A stretch of DNA of 64,000 nucleotides from Amoebidium appalachense (GCA_963693365.1 CAVNZM010000003.1:13235252-13299251), one strand, 5' to 3'; positions 1 to 14,522 are shown, counted from the stretch's first letter. Program-made: numbers and translations. Notes: a model not told the origin generated them from the sequence alone.

Positions 1-257
1 ACAGTACTTTATTAAGATCGGCCTTCAAGGCCAAAAAAGCTCAATCTCGAGTAAGATTAGATAGCATTTTTTGAGGCCGGCCAGGCCTTAAATACAAAAA
101 GGAGAAAAAACAACACACAGCTAAACATAGATCTAATATTAGCTAAATCAATCGACACACTGGTACATTGCCTGGAGTAAACAGCATCTATCCCACTGGT
201 ACATGTACTGTCATCATCCAACCAACACCCGTGTAGTACCTTTGTCAAGCGTTCCTA

Positions 258-347
258 CTCTATGAAAACTACTCCGGGACGTGTGTTGCCTCTAGGGGGA
301 CATCCCCTTGGACGAAAGTGAACCTGCAATGGTTGTAAACCACGGCA
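258..347. repeat. Split direct repeat B2 (90 bp)
   Basis: Identical to 827-916 (CTCTATGAAAACTACTCC...AAACCACGGCA). Confidence 0.95.
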
Positions 348-478
348 TGCCCCCAGTCATCAATTTATTGATCCGTGAGGTCTATGTGCCCAAAAAACGG
401 GGGAAGTCTTCGCCCCCGTGAAAAAACAGCACGTATGTGTGGATCAATGGGGGTTGTGTGTGGGTGTAGGTGGGTGGG

Positions 479-661
479 TGAAAAGGAATATATAGCTGTA
501 AGGCTGTGGATGCTAAACACAGAAGATGTGTTTGTAGCTTGCTGATCTGCTAAAAACTGTCGAGCTTATATACCTAAGCCTACCGATCTGAGCCAATCAA
601 AAATCGATCTAGTGATATGTGAAATCTGATCCGAGCCAGTCATAACTCGGTCTAGTGATCT
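479..661. repeat. Split direct repeat A2 core (183 bp), overlapping two 43-bp tandem units (585-627, 628-670)
   Basis: Matches 4465-4647 with one mismatch seen (CGAGCTT vs CGTGCTT). Confidence 0.95.
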
Positions 662-826
662 GTGGTATCTGATGTTTTGATTGGCTAATAGGTGCCCGTG
701 TGCGGGCAGCCAACCGCTAACTGCTAAAACACGAAATGAAGCCTACATGGTTATGTTGGTATCGAACACCCATCCTACGTGTTTACCCAGAAAAATATTT
801 ATGTCAATAATTTCCACAAATAAAAC

Positions 827-916
827 CTCTATGAAAACTACTCCGGGACGTGTGTTGCCTCTAGGGGGACATCCCCTTGGACGAAAGTGAACCTGCAATG
901 GTTGTAAACCACGGCA
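827..916. repeat. Split direct repeat B1 (90 bp)
   Basis: Identical to 258-347; lies just downstream of the recombinase stop on the minus strand. Confidence 0.95.
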
Positions 917-944
917 CGAGAGCAGTATGCTTGCTCCAAAGGTT

Positions 945-2141
945 TCACTTAAGAATAGAGGCGAATACACGTGTGGTGGTGGCAGCAATGGAGGCCGGAC
1001 GAAGTCGGGTATAGATCAGGAAGCAGTCGGAGGACCACCTGCCGAGTTGTTTGATCCGGGAGTCGTCGACCCCGGCCTCAGCCAGTGCTGTGGCCCCCCC
1101 CGATGCGGAGGCTGTGTCCGGCAAACCGGGAGGGTGAGAGGCCTGCCCGGGAGAGGAGGGCACGGAAATCGGCAGAGAAAGCACTCTTGGTGTAGGGGAT
1201 GCCACCGAGACTGAAGAGGGGGTCGTCGGGTTGACCGGACGTGGTATCCAGGAACTGCCGGAGGAGATGGGCTGGGGAGAAGTGGGTGAGGGGCAGGGCA
1301 GCTAGGGTGACGTTGACACCTCGGGCCTGTACATCCGTTTTAGAGGTTGGCAGGTGGAGGGTGGCATGGGACAAAGTACCGGTGGGGGTGTAGCTGAAGG
1401 TTACGTCCTTCCGTTTAACGTGACGGGACGGGTCGAAAGAAGTCAGGGTCTTGGAGGTAAATTCCCCTGAACGGAGGAGACCACAGAAACCGACGATGAG
1501 GGCCGTCCATAGCCGGAGATTGGCCGAGGAGGCCTTGGTGGGGCACTGGCCATGGAGTAGGCGGAGGTGGGAGGGGAGGAGGGGTTCCCTGGTGGATGAG
1601 CGGGGTCGGATGTTGTGAGAAAGCTGCCATCGGCCCACCCCCCGTAGGAACCAGGCCAGAGACTTGTCGTGGGGGTAGGGAGCAGGGAGGCCCATGTCGA
1701 GGTGGAGCCTGGTGATGGCCGAATTGTAGCCGGTTAAGGAAGAGGCCTGTACCCCTCGTTGGGCACACCAGGCGAGAAAAAGTTGCACGGTGTGTGGGGA
1801 GGCCGGGAGGGAGGACCCGGAGGAGGATTGCAGCCGAGATGCCACACAGAAATCGATGAACACTTTTTGCACCCGGGAGTAAAAGGCCCGAGAGTCGAGG
1901 TTGAGACTCAGGGCCTGGCATTCCTGCAGGGTAGTGGTGGCTCGAAGCAGCTCGGCCGGAGCAAAGTGGGGGGCCAATCTGCCAGGGTTGCTCCGGAACG
2001 GGAGATCTGGGGGGGGGGGGGGGGGTTAGCCCAAGGGAAGGGATAGGAACTCGTGGACCCAGGAGGGGAAGGGGCAGGGCTCCGGTTGCAGGGAAGGTCG
2101 GAGTCGTCGGGCCCGGGGAAGTTGGTTACGAGAAATGGCAT
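945..2141 (-). CDS. Tyrosine recombinase of the retroelement (frameshifted as assembled)
   Basis: ORF 1078-1977 has GLLRSGEF, SKTD and GHSLRIGG. The C-terminal ATALAEAG...LGRWSSDCFLIYTR with the catalytic Tyr continues in ORF 945-1205 across a C-run at ~1094-1101. The start is uncertain. Confidence 0.9.
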
Positions 2142-3715
2142 CGGCCAGATGGTTGAGGGGTCCTGGTAGGTAGGATGCCTGTAACGTAAATTGGTATTGC
2201 ATTTCCATGCGGGTGATGAACCGAATAAGTTTGGCCATCACGGGGTGGGGGGAAGACCGGGAGTGCAGGTCAGACACAGCACCCGTGTTGTCGCATAAAA
2301 TACGGACATGGTGGGTGGACCAGGAGGGGGCCCAGAGGGCCACGGCGGCTGCGATGGCCAGGAGTTCGATGACGGAAGAACCGGGTTTACCCTCATGAGC
2401 ATAGAGGGCTTGGGTGGAGGGGGACCAGGGCATGAAGAACCATTGGTCGAGCCAGTGGCCTCCTAGACCCACCGATCCGGCAGCATCAGTGGCCAGGGTG
2501 GTGTATGTGGGGGGTGTGATGAGGTGCACCCCATTCCATGATGTGAGGAACTGGTGCCATTCGGCTAGGTCGGCCCGGGCGGCAGCAGTCAGTCGTATGT
2601 GGTGGTGGCCGGCAAGGTGTGGGTGGGTCCAGAGAAGGGCCCATAGGCGCTGGGAGAAGGCCCTCCCGGGGGGAACCAGCTGGGCACACCAGGTGAGTTT
2701 GCCGAGGAGGGACTGGAGGTCCCGAATGGTGATGGTGGGCTTTGGGTGGGAAGTGAGGTCGAGTAGGTCCGAGAGCTTGGAAGCCGGGATTCGTGCCTCC
2801 ATGGCGATGGAGTCGAATTCGATACCGATGAAGACGACACGGGTGGCCGGGCCCTGCATCTTGTCTTCGGAGATGGCAATGTGCAGCTCTCGGCAGAGTT
2901 GCAGGAAGGTGGATAGGTGACGTTGGCACTGCTCTTGTGTGGGGGCGACTATAATCCAGTCGTCTACGTAGTGGCGGATGAGGGTAATACCGTGCTGGTG
3001 TGCCAGCCACTGTAGGGTGGCCGCGATCCGTTCCCAGATGGCTGGGCTAGATTTCAGGCCGAAGGGCAGTCTGGTTTCAACGTAAAAATGCCCTTGCCAT
3101 TTGAATGCCATTAAGTGGTGGTCTTCCGGTCGGATGGGCATGTGCCGGAAGGCTGCCTGCACATCTGCCACGGCCATGTAGCAGCCGGGGCCTGCGTCGA
3201 GAATGAGTTGGGTGACATCCCGGGCGCGAATGTACTGAAGTTCGTCGGGGTAGGTGATGCTGTCATTGACACTGCTACCCCGGGGCCAGGAGAGGTGGTG
3301 GATTCGACGGTACTTGGGGGGGGTTCCCTTTCTTGGTAACGGCGCCGATGGGGGAGGAACGGTGGACCGGAAATTCGTCAAAGAATTGGGCCGGGGAGAG
3401 GGGGCCGCACAGGTGGCCGAGGGCGACTTCTTTGGCAATATCCACCGTGATAGCGGCAGCTGCCTCCGGGGTGGTGGGTAGGTTGGGGCCCACCCGAGAG
3501 GTGGAGGGGCCGCGATAGCCGATGTCGACGCCGAGTCGACATCGTGGAGGAGTTGTGCGGCGAATGATTGGTCCGGGTAGGAGGCCAGCAGTTCCCGGAG
3601 GCGGGAGGTGTCAATGTGGTGCTGGGGCAGCGGGCGGGCCTCCGGGTCTGAGCCTCGGGGGAAGGGGTGGTTAGCAAGGGTGGTGTACCCTTGGGGAGAT
3701 CCCGCCCGGCGGCAG

Positions 3716-3749
<34 letters not shown>

Positions 3750-3843
3750 CAGGGCCCCGGGGGGTAGAGTAGGGCAGCTGGGCCCAAGTGAGGGTTGGCA
3801 GGGAGGGCAGCGGGGCCCTGTGCAGGGGAATGTGCCCGAGCAC
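2026..3843 (-). CDS. Reverse transcriptase / RNase H (DIRS-type) with two compensating frameshifts
   Basis: KYRRIHHLSWP, DVQAAFRHMPI, RLPFGLKSSP, YVDD; RNase H motifs TDAAG, IELLAI, CDN, NHLADAISR. The segment GPNL...EVALGHLCGP...SPIGAVTKKG lies in another frame (ORF 3275-3493). Confidence 0.93.
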
Positions 3844-4434
3844 GCGGGGGTGTGGGCGGACACAGAGGTAGAAGAAGGGGGAGGGAGTGCTAGGTGATTG
3901 TAAGGGGGGGGGGGGGGGGAGGCCGTGGGATGGGGAGGGGGGAGTAAAATTATGTGCAGTGGCCAGAATAAACGCCGCCAGACATCCGCGGGGGGAAGCG
4001 GGAGTGTGCCCGGCTGAATGTCGCCAGTGTTCTCACCTGTGATGGGGGGCGCGGGCAGGGCAGGTAGGTCTAGGTCAGGGCCGAGATGCAGCCCCGGGGA
4101 AACATCCCCGGGTGTGGAGGGCGCGGCGGGGGGCGCGGGAGGGTCGCGGTTGGCGAGAGCAGCCAGGACGCCAGCCATCTGGGTGCTGATGGCGGTGAGG
4201 GCGGCCAGGACGGCGTCTTGAGAAGTCATCTGCGGGGCGGCGGGGCCTGAGGGGGGACTTCAGGAGTGGAGGGGAGAGTAGCCGGCGGGTCCGGGTCCGT
4301 GGTGGTATAGGCCGCTGGAGGCGCGTCAGTGTCCGCGGGAGCGTTGGTCAGCCTGTGGCGGAGGTCGCTGCGGGTCAGGCGCTTAGGTGCCGCGGAAGGG
4401 GCGGCGGCTGAGGCCTGGCGCTTTTCGGCGGCAT
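3378..4434 (-). CDS. gag-like Pro-rich ORF1 (frame broken; possible MPPK start at 4434)
   Basis: Sits between A1 and the RT and overlaps the RT ORF; low-complexity Pro/Ala-rich product; no diagnostic motif recognised. Confidence 0.5.
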
Positions 4435-4464
4435 GCTGACCGGCGTAGGGAAAGATAGGGAGAA

Positions 4465-4647
4465 TGAAAAGGAATATATAGCTGTAAGGCTGTGGATGCT
4501 AAACACAGAAGATGTGTTTGTAGCTTGCTGATCTGCTAAAAACTGTCGTGCTTATATACCTAAGCCTACCGATCTGAGCCAATCAAAAATCGATCTAGTG
4601 ATATGTGAAATCTGATCCGAGCCAGTCATAACTCGGTCTAGTGATCT
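4465..4647. repeat. Split direct repeat A1 core
   Basis: Matches 479-661. Confidence 0.95.
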
Positions 4648-4744
4648 TATAGTCGGGCAGCACCGCGAACAACTAATACAACACCCACCTACGTTTACCC
4701 AGAAAAACCACAAAAAAAGATACTACATAAGAGAAGAGAGGGTT

Positions 4745-7450
<2,706 letters not shown>

Positions 7451-7580
7451 GTTGTCATTACTTTCCTGTATTATCCTTTATGCTACTTCAAGTTTTATAC
7501 CCTACAGCTTACACAGGATGTAGGCTGGTGAAAGGTTTAATGGTAGGACGTTCGGTGACGTTTGTACCACGGACCACGGG

Positions 7581-8849
7581 AACATGTTCCCCAGGAACAG
7601 TATTCAAAACAAAGAACTTTTATATTTTGAGGTGCTAAAAACGTGAGGACCACTTGTTATGGCCGTTGCCCTTCTCAATCTTGGTACGGAAATGCACCCA
7701 TAATATACTGCAAACGTATTGTATATGACGTGTGTATATCGTACAGGTACTGGTAGTATATTGATAGTACCTCCTACGTAATGATTTGTTCGCATTCGAA
7801 CATACTGGCAGTATATACTGAGACTATAACCAATATATGGTGTCCTTAGCTGTGTCCGTATTGGTGACAGTATTATAGATGTATTCGTGACATTGCCAAT
7901 ACCACTTGTGCCTTAGATATTCGCAGTAGGATAAAAGTTTTCTTGCTATATCATATGTTTATGTTCTACTAATATGGATGTGATATGGGTAGGATATGAT
8001 CTACATAATGTCAGTATATGTCCACCCTAATACCACGGTATTAGCAATGTACTGCGCATACAAGGACTACACTCCGAACATGTTTGTTGAACATGTGTTG
8101 GCAATACATTCACAATATTGCGACTACATAGGTAAAGTGACCTGATCTTTCATCCCCAATATTTTACCAATATATTGGCAATAAAATACACGCCCCATAT
8201 TTTCGGTTGCTTTTACCTATTGATAATAGGTGCATAATAGTCTTGATATTGTGACGGATACATTGGCAATACATTTCGACCGAATTGAGATCCTATTTAT
8301 AATCATATCATAACCCTATAACCAATAGCGACATTATGTTTGTATCGGCCATATGGGATATATGGGTTGGGTATATTGCCAATATCCCAAAATGGTCAGG
8401 AAAAATACATTCATAATATATTGGCAATAGTCTTGCCACGTTGGACAATACCCTAATTTGACACAAAATTGTCCTACATTTTATATATTCATAACGTATT
8501 GACACTGTGATACTCCGCAAGCAATAGTATAATACCGAATAAGTACATTGACAATATCGAAATTGTATTGTTAATAGGCACACGTACACGCATTTTGGGA
8601 TATTGCCAGTACATTACTCATACGGTATATAGTTATTGGTGGTAGACCTGACATGGTATGACAATAATATAAAAATATTATGCCGATATTACGTCAATAT
8701 TACAGTTCTATTACACTTCCGTATAGCGTCTCTACCACAGAAAATCTCTACTCGCAATACATTGGCAATGGATAATTGATATTACTTCAGTATTAATCTG
8801 GTGTTTTTACCAAATTGGCAATAGATAATAGCCTCACAATATTGGCAAT
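7581..8849. mobile_element. AT-rich segment with dispersed TTGGCAAT/ATTGCCAA motifs; possible non-autonomous DNA element
   Basis: At least nine motif copies in both orientations; bracketed by ACCACGGG at 7573-7580 and 8850-8857; no clear terminal inverted repeats (TIRs). Confidence 0.4.
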
Positions 8850-8872
8850 ACCACGGGGAAGTTTGCTGATGG

Positions 8873-8914
8873 TGTTTCGAATGCAAGAAGCCTGACCACC
8901 GTGCTGACCAATGC
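8873..8914 (+). pseudogene. Relic CCHC zinc-knuckle coding fragment
   Basis: Translates CFECKKPDHRADQC (C-x2-C-x4-H-x4-C); in-frame TGA two codons upstream. Confidence 0.55.
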
Positions 8915-9578
8915 CGCGAGCCCCCAACTGCCGCTGCCCTGCATGCCTATTACCAGGACCGCACCGCCGGACACCGATGCTGAGTTTGCCCGTTTCCTTG
9001 CTGAAGGGAATTCGGACGAGCTCGAGGCTGACGCAGGTTTTCGGATGTAGGATTGCTGTGTTGCCGAAAAGAGTGGGTGAGATGAATATGATTATTTTCG
9101 TCAACACTGCATTGCTGTACTCGGATGTGCATCTTTGTGAATATTACGGTAAAGTGAGATATAACTTGGATATATTTTGTTTGCCCATTACACGACGGGT
9201 ATGCGGGTGCGGATTTTCTTTTGTGTTGTTTGTTCTGATCTGGGGGTGTAAGATCAATAATACGACGAGTGTTGGATACCATTAATTAGTGCCAATTAGT
9301 TTTGTTTTCTTTTACACATGTACTGTCGCTGCTGTGTTTGATATATATTTTTTTGGTGATATACGGAATTGCGACTTTTGTGAGCGATGTATCATTATGG
9401 GGGTGTGTCAGAATAAATAATGTGTGTAATGATATCCCACTCACTCCTTAGTTCTATTTTAGGTGTTTTTGGTCTTTGTTAGATAGATCTGTGTAAATAC
9501 GTGTGTCCTCCCCTGCCCCCCCCTGCCTCCCCTGCCTCCTCTACCTTGTGTGCCTCCCCTGCCCCCCCCTGCGGGTCA

Positions 9579-9745
9579 AGACTTAGACTTAGATTTTTTT
9601 TGCTCTCTCGCTCGCGTGTAGACATAGATTACTTTGCTCTCTCTCTCGTGTGTAGACTTACACTTTTTTGCTCTCTCTCTCGCGTGTAGACTTAGACTTT
9701 TTTGCTCTCTCTCTGTGCCGGTGTCCATACTTAGACGTTTTGCTT
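9579..9745. repeat. ~34-bp minisatellite, 4-5 copies
   Basis: AGACTTAGACTTTTTGCTCTCTCTCTCGCGTGT-like units. Confidence 0.85.
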
Positions 9746-9751
9746 CCCGTC

Positions 9752-9826
9752 CCCCGTTCCCCGTTCCCCGTTCCCCGTTCCCCGTTCTCCGTTCCCCGTT
9801 CCCCGTTCCCCGTTCCCCGTTCCCCG
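9752..9826. repeat. (CCCCGTT)n heptamer array, ~10 copies
   Basis: Direct inspection. Confidence 0.95.
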
Positions 9827-10022
9827 GTCTGATCCTTAATCGATAAGTGTCTGTTGTCACTGGCCACTTTCCCACTTTAAAGTGGGTAGCGCTCTATCGT
9901 TTGTTTTAACTCTTTTTTTCCCTCTTTTTCGATTTTCAGTAGAAAAAATTGGGAAGTGAGAAGTGAATCGATCGCGATCGGATCGGGGGTGGGGTTGTGG
10001 GTGTGATCTTGAAAGTCATCAG

Positions 10023-10032
10023 GTCACGTGAC
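10023..10032. promoter_or_regulatory. Palindromic E-box GTCACGTGAC upstream of HIBADH, with nearby CCAAT boxes
   Basis: Perfect 10-bp palindrome ~400 bp before the ATG; CCAAT at ~10132 and ~10172. Function is inferred only. Confidence 0.4.
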
Positions 10033-10427
10033 TAGTCCAAGGCGCGGGTATTTTGTTTACCTTCCAAATAAAGAAGATTTTGCTTGCATTTCCTATTGGT
10101 CAGATAATTTCAATGATAGCAATGCGTCCACCAATCAAACACTTTCCGAAAATTCGAAAAGGCTCGCGTATCCAATCATATGCGTCGGCACTCATACTCG
10201 AAACGTCAGGCCAAGGGGTTTAACCGTAAACTTACACAATTTTGCAAGCTCTTCAAGTTGATCAAAAACAGTGTATATTGGATTTTTAGGGGTTTAAATG
10301 TTGAAATTTATTTTTGGTGAACATATGGCACCCTGCAAAACGTTCAACAGCTTCACACCCAGGCTTCGTTTCTTTACGTTTTCTCCCCCTCCTTTTGCTT
10401 GTGTTTTTTTTTAAGAGGAACAAGAGA

Positions 10428-10672
10428 ATGTTGGCGAGCGCAAGCACACTCACCCGTGTGTGGGGCAACACACCCCATATCCTGGCACGCACCATGTCTT
10501 GTAAGTTATTTTGAGTCCCGTTTTCTGCCAGTTGATGTGCCTTGTAGTCTTTTTCTGTGGATCGATTCCACGTTCCGTGTCGCGTTTCAGCTTTGTATTA
10601 AGAGTTTTGTGCAGTACTACCCATGCCTTCACTACGAGAACCATTTTTGCTGGTTTCCGCCCCTTGTCCCTT

Positions 10673-10707
<35 letters not shown>

Positions 10708-11304
10708 CCACCACCACCACCACCCCGCCGCCCAAAAGCCACTCTTCACAGCACACCTCCCCCCCCCTCCCCCCCCCCCCCCCCCTGCCCCCTCCCCCCC
10801 TTCCCCCCCCCCCCCCCCCCTTCCCCCCCCCCAACCCCCCGTATGGAGTATACATCCGTGAGCGTATGGAAGTCCAGTCTTTAGATTGCTTTTTGTCATG
10901 GAAAAGTTGTGTAGTTTTCCAAGTTGCTGTGTATGAATCTGTCCACACAGGCAGTGATCTTGGTCTTATGTCTCTGTTTCATAACGCTTACACAACCTTG
11001 TTTAACGCTTTCAACAAAGCACAAAAAGGCACCTACTTGCAAACTCAATTCAACATAACCCTTGCCTCTCCTCACCCTTCGTTTTCCCAATCTCCTTCCT
11101 CTAACCTTACCCCCCCCCCCCCCCCTCCCCCTCTCCCCCCTCCTCCCCCTTCCCACCCTCCTCCCTCCTCAGCTTGGAGCACACACACACGTACACACGT
11201 ACAGATACACAAACACCCATACAATTACACATCGGCGCACACATGCCCAGAATCACACCCGCACACCCGCGCAAAAGCTCACAGACACACACACACAAAC
11301 ACAC

Positions 11305-11360
<56 letters not shown>

Positions 11361-11886
11361 TACCATGGGTGTACTTGCTGCCGTCCCTTCCACTGTCCAA
11401 TACAGCTGCCAGCGCCAATGCAGCAAAGAAGGTGTGTACAGTCACTGCGCGTTACAGCACCCCCACAATACAACCCCCCCTCCCTCCTCCCCCCCCCCCC
11501 CCCCCAACAATATAGCACCCCCCCCCCCGCAATGTCACCGATTTGGGGCCTCGGGCAGGATTTGAACAAGGACACATTACGATATAGCGTCTTCGCGGAG
11601 TGTAACCAGGGTGGGGACAATATATCGAACGGTGACTGTAGCTTAAACCCTTTTATTCTTTGTTTCAGATTCTTGAGAACGAGGGTAATGATCAACACAC
11701 ATCGCTGGCTTTTTTGTGCATGTATGGCTGCTCTTTGCTCTCTGCAAGAGATGGGCTTTTTAAGGCTTTTTTTTCCTTATCCTGGTGTGTCTTTTGCACC
11801 TCGTTTTAATCTCGTCCCCCCTCCCCCCCCTCCCCCGCCCCTGCCCCACAGCCATCGGTCACCCCCCTCTACAATTAGCAAATTCG

Positions 11887-11920
<34 letters not shown>

Positions 11921-13559
11921 GGTGAGGAAGGGTGTTTTTTTTTTTGTTTTTTTTGGGGGGGGGGAGGGGGGGGAATAAGGAAGAGGGGCGATACACAAGA
12001 GGGAGACGCGGGGGGTCATGGGTTTACCCAGAAAAAATGAGCCCACATGGCATGTGAATGATTGTCATCCAATCGTTGGCATCCGATTGGTGTTAAATTT
12101 CTCTGTTTTGTAACAGGTGGGTTTCATTGGTCTGGGCAACATGGGAGGCCACATGGCTGCCAATCTGCTCAAGGCCGGCCACTCGGTCACCGTTTACGAC
12201 ATCTTCCCTGGTATGTGCCCCCCCCCCCCCCCCCCCCCCGTCTCCCCTCCCCCGTTCCCATTCACACACACTCCCCTCTTTCCTCGCCCCCCCCCCCCCG
12301 CCCGCCCGCTGGTCGCATGTAGGGCTGGGCTCGTGGTTTGGTTGTGTACTCTGCGCTTTGTTATTGTATTTTACACAACCCCCCCCCTCCCTGAGGATGG
12401 GCTCTGCTTATGACGCATACTGTGCACATGGCTGATGTTGCATACTTGAATGTTTGCCTTTGCATGGGTCCTGCACCATGCTTCTCGTCGTGTATGCGTA
12501 CTTCGTACCGTGTTCCGCATTCAAACCCCCCCCCCCCCCCCCCCCCCCATCCCGATGAGCTCTGTTCAAGTGTCTTCTGCCTGCACGCTTAATTGTTTGA
12601 TTTTGGATTTCCCACGTTTGTGACGTTTTGTTGTTACTCTTTGTTGTCTCCTCCATATTTCCAACCCTCTAACGCATACATCCCCCCCCCTCCCCCCCCC
12701 CCCCCCCCCGCCTTCCCTCCCCCAACACACACATACATAACCCCGTGTAACACTCGCGTTCTACACCCTTCTTTCCAAACCTTCCATACGAACACACACT
12801 TCCACACACACACACACGAACACACACACACTCGCAGAGGCCACCAGCAAGTTGGCCAAGCAGGGTGCCGGTGTTGCCGAGTGTGTGGCCGAGATTGCGC
12901 AAAAGTCAGACGCCATCATCACCATGCTGCCCTCCTCCCCACACGTGCTGGGGGTGTACGACATCGAGGTAGGCCACGTGACTTGCCTTATTTGGGAGTC
13001 GGAATAGCCTGCCTTATTTAAATCAACCTGCCTCTCTTATCTGGAATGACCTTCCTTATGTGGAAAGACATGCCTTATTTTGGGAATACCTGTCTTAGGA
13101 AATACCTGTCTTATTCGGGATTGCATGCCATGATTTGGGGTGATATGCTTTATATGGAAAGACCTGCCTTATGCGGAAATACCTACCATTGGGGATGATG
13201 TGCCTAAATTAGGATGGTGTGCGTGTGCAGGAAGCAAGTACATGTGACAATAGGCTGACAGAGGGGTGGAAGGACAGAAAGAGGATTGGAAGGAGGAGGG
13301 TGGGGGTGGGGTGTCTGTGTGGGTGTGTGCTGATTTTTTTTTCTTCTTTCCTTTCCTTTTTTTTTAGGGGAGGGGGGTAGGGGGGGGGGGGGGGGGGGGC
13401 AAGGATGCTATTTTTAGGTTTTCTAATTGGTTTACTTATTTTTACTTACATTATTTGTCTTCAATATCTTGACAAATGTTTTCTTTTGCAGCAAGGGCTT
13501 CTGAACCAATCCAAGGAGGGTACCCTCCTCATCGGTAGGTGCTATGTGCCCCCCTCCCC

Positions 13560-13590
<31 letters not shown>

Positions 13591-14025
13591 ACCCCTTTTG
13601 TCAAGGGAGGGGAAGAAAGGATATTGGTGGAGGGGGGGGGTGGGGAGGGGGTCCCCCCAACCACCCCACCCCACACACACACACTCATCTGGCCCGTCCT
13701 GAGAGCAGTCCATTCCACAAGCACCACGTGGGCACACACACACGCACGCGCGCGCATACACATGGCGTCAACATTTTCTCAAGTATAAGGACTTTACCCG
13801 TTTTTCGATACTTATTCCGGTTAGGCGTATGCAAACTTTCCGAAATTTGATGTTGAGAGTGGTAGTTTTTCCTCGTGCCTTTGATGATCCCCCCCTCTTT
13901 CCCCTGTCTCCCCCGCTCGTTTCTGATCAAGACGGGCGACTCACCTATCTTCAAGTGAAACAGTATCTGAGTTGGGTTTCGTTGGCGAGGTGAAATAGAT
14001 CGAAACTCGGGTACTGTGGATGACT

Positions 14026-14068
<43 letters not shown>

Positions 14069-14477
14069 TGGATGACGTGGGGCCCCCCTGAGGATGGGCT
14101 CTGCTTATTATGCATACTCTTTATGTATGGCTTGCATTCTGCATCGTGTTATCCGTTTGTTTTTGTGTACTTCGTACTTTTTGACGCATTCAAACCCCCC
14201 CCCCCCCCCCCGAATGAGCTCCCCCCCCCCCCCCCCCCCCATCCCCCATCCCCCATGCGGCCTCACACACCCACACACACATACACACACTTCATCCACA
14301 CACACACGTACACGTACACGTGCACACACAGATGCCAGCACCATCCATCCTGGTGTTGCCCGTCAGGTTGGCTCCAAGGCCAAGGAGCGTGGTCTTCACT
14401 TCGTCGATGCCCCCGTGTCCGGAGGTATAGCTCCTCCCCCCCCCCCCACACACACACACTCACGCACCTGTGATATA

Positions 14478-14522
<45 letters not shown>

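Larger units (their letters stand above)
258..4719 (-). mobile_element. Tyrosine-recombinase retrotransposon (DIRS order, Ngaro/PAT-type split direct repeats)
   Basis: Read on the minus strand the order is repeat A1 (4465-4647, degenerate to ~4719), Pro-rich gag-like ORF, RT/RNase H, tyrosine recombinase, B1 (827-916), A2 (479-~826), B2 (258-347). This is the A1...B1-A2-B2 layout. Confidence 0.93.

Noticed and set aside
9579-9745. CRISPR-like array
   Set aside because: Units are contiguous with no unique spacers, there are no cas genes, and the context is eukaryotic.
9752-9826. Telomeric repeat
   Set aside because: Short internal CCCCGTT array with no supporting context; treated as a microsatellite.
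12022-12036. 15-bp match (GTTTACCCAGAAAAA) to the retrotransposon A-repeat end
   Set aside because: Similarity does not extend on either side and includes an A-run; not distinguishable from chance.
14088-14194. Intronic element as a hammerhead ribozyme or box C/D snoRNA (CUGAGGA/CUGAUGA start)
   Set aside because: No downstream GAAA with consistent stems I-III, and no terminal CUGA box D. Only the single motif matches.
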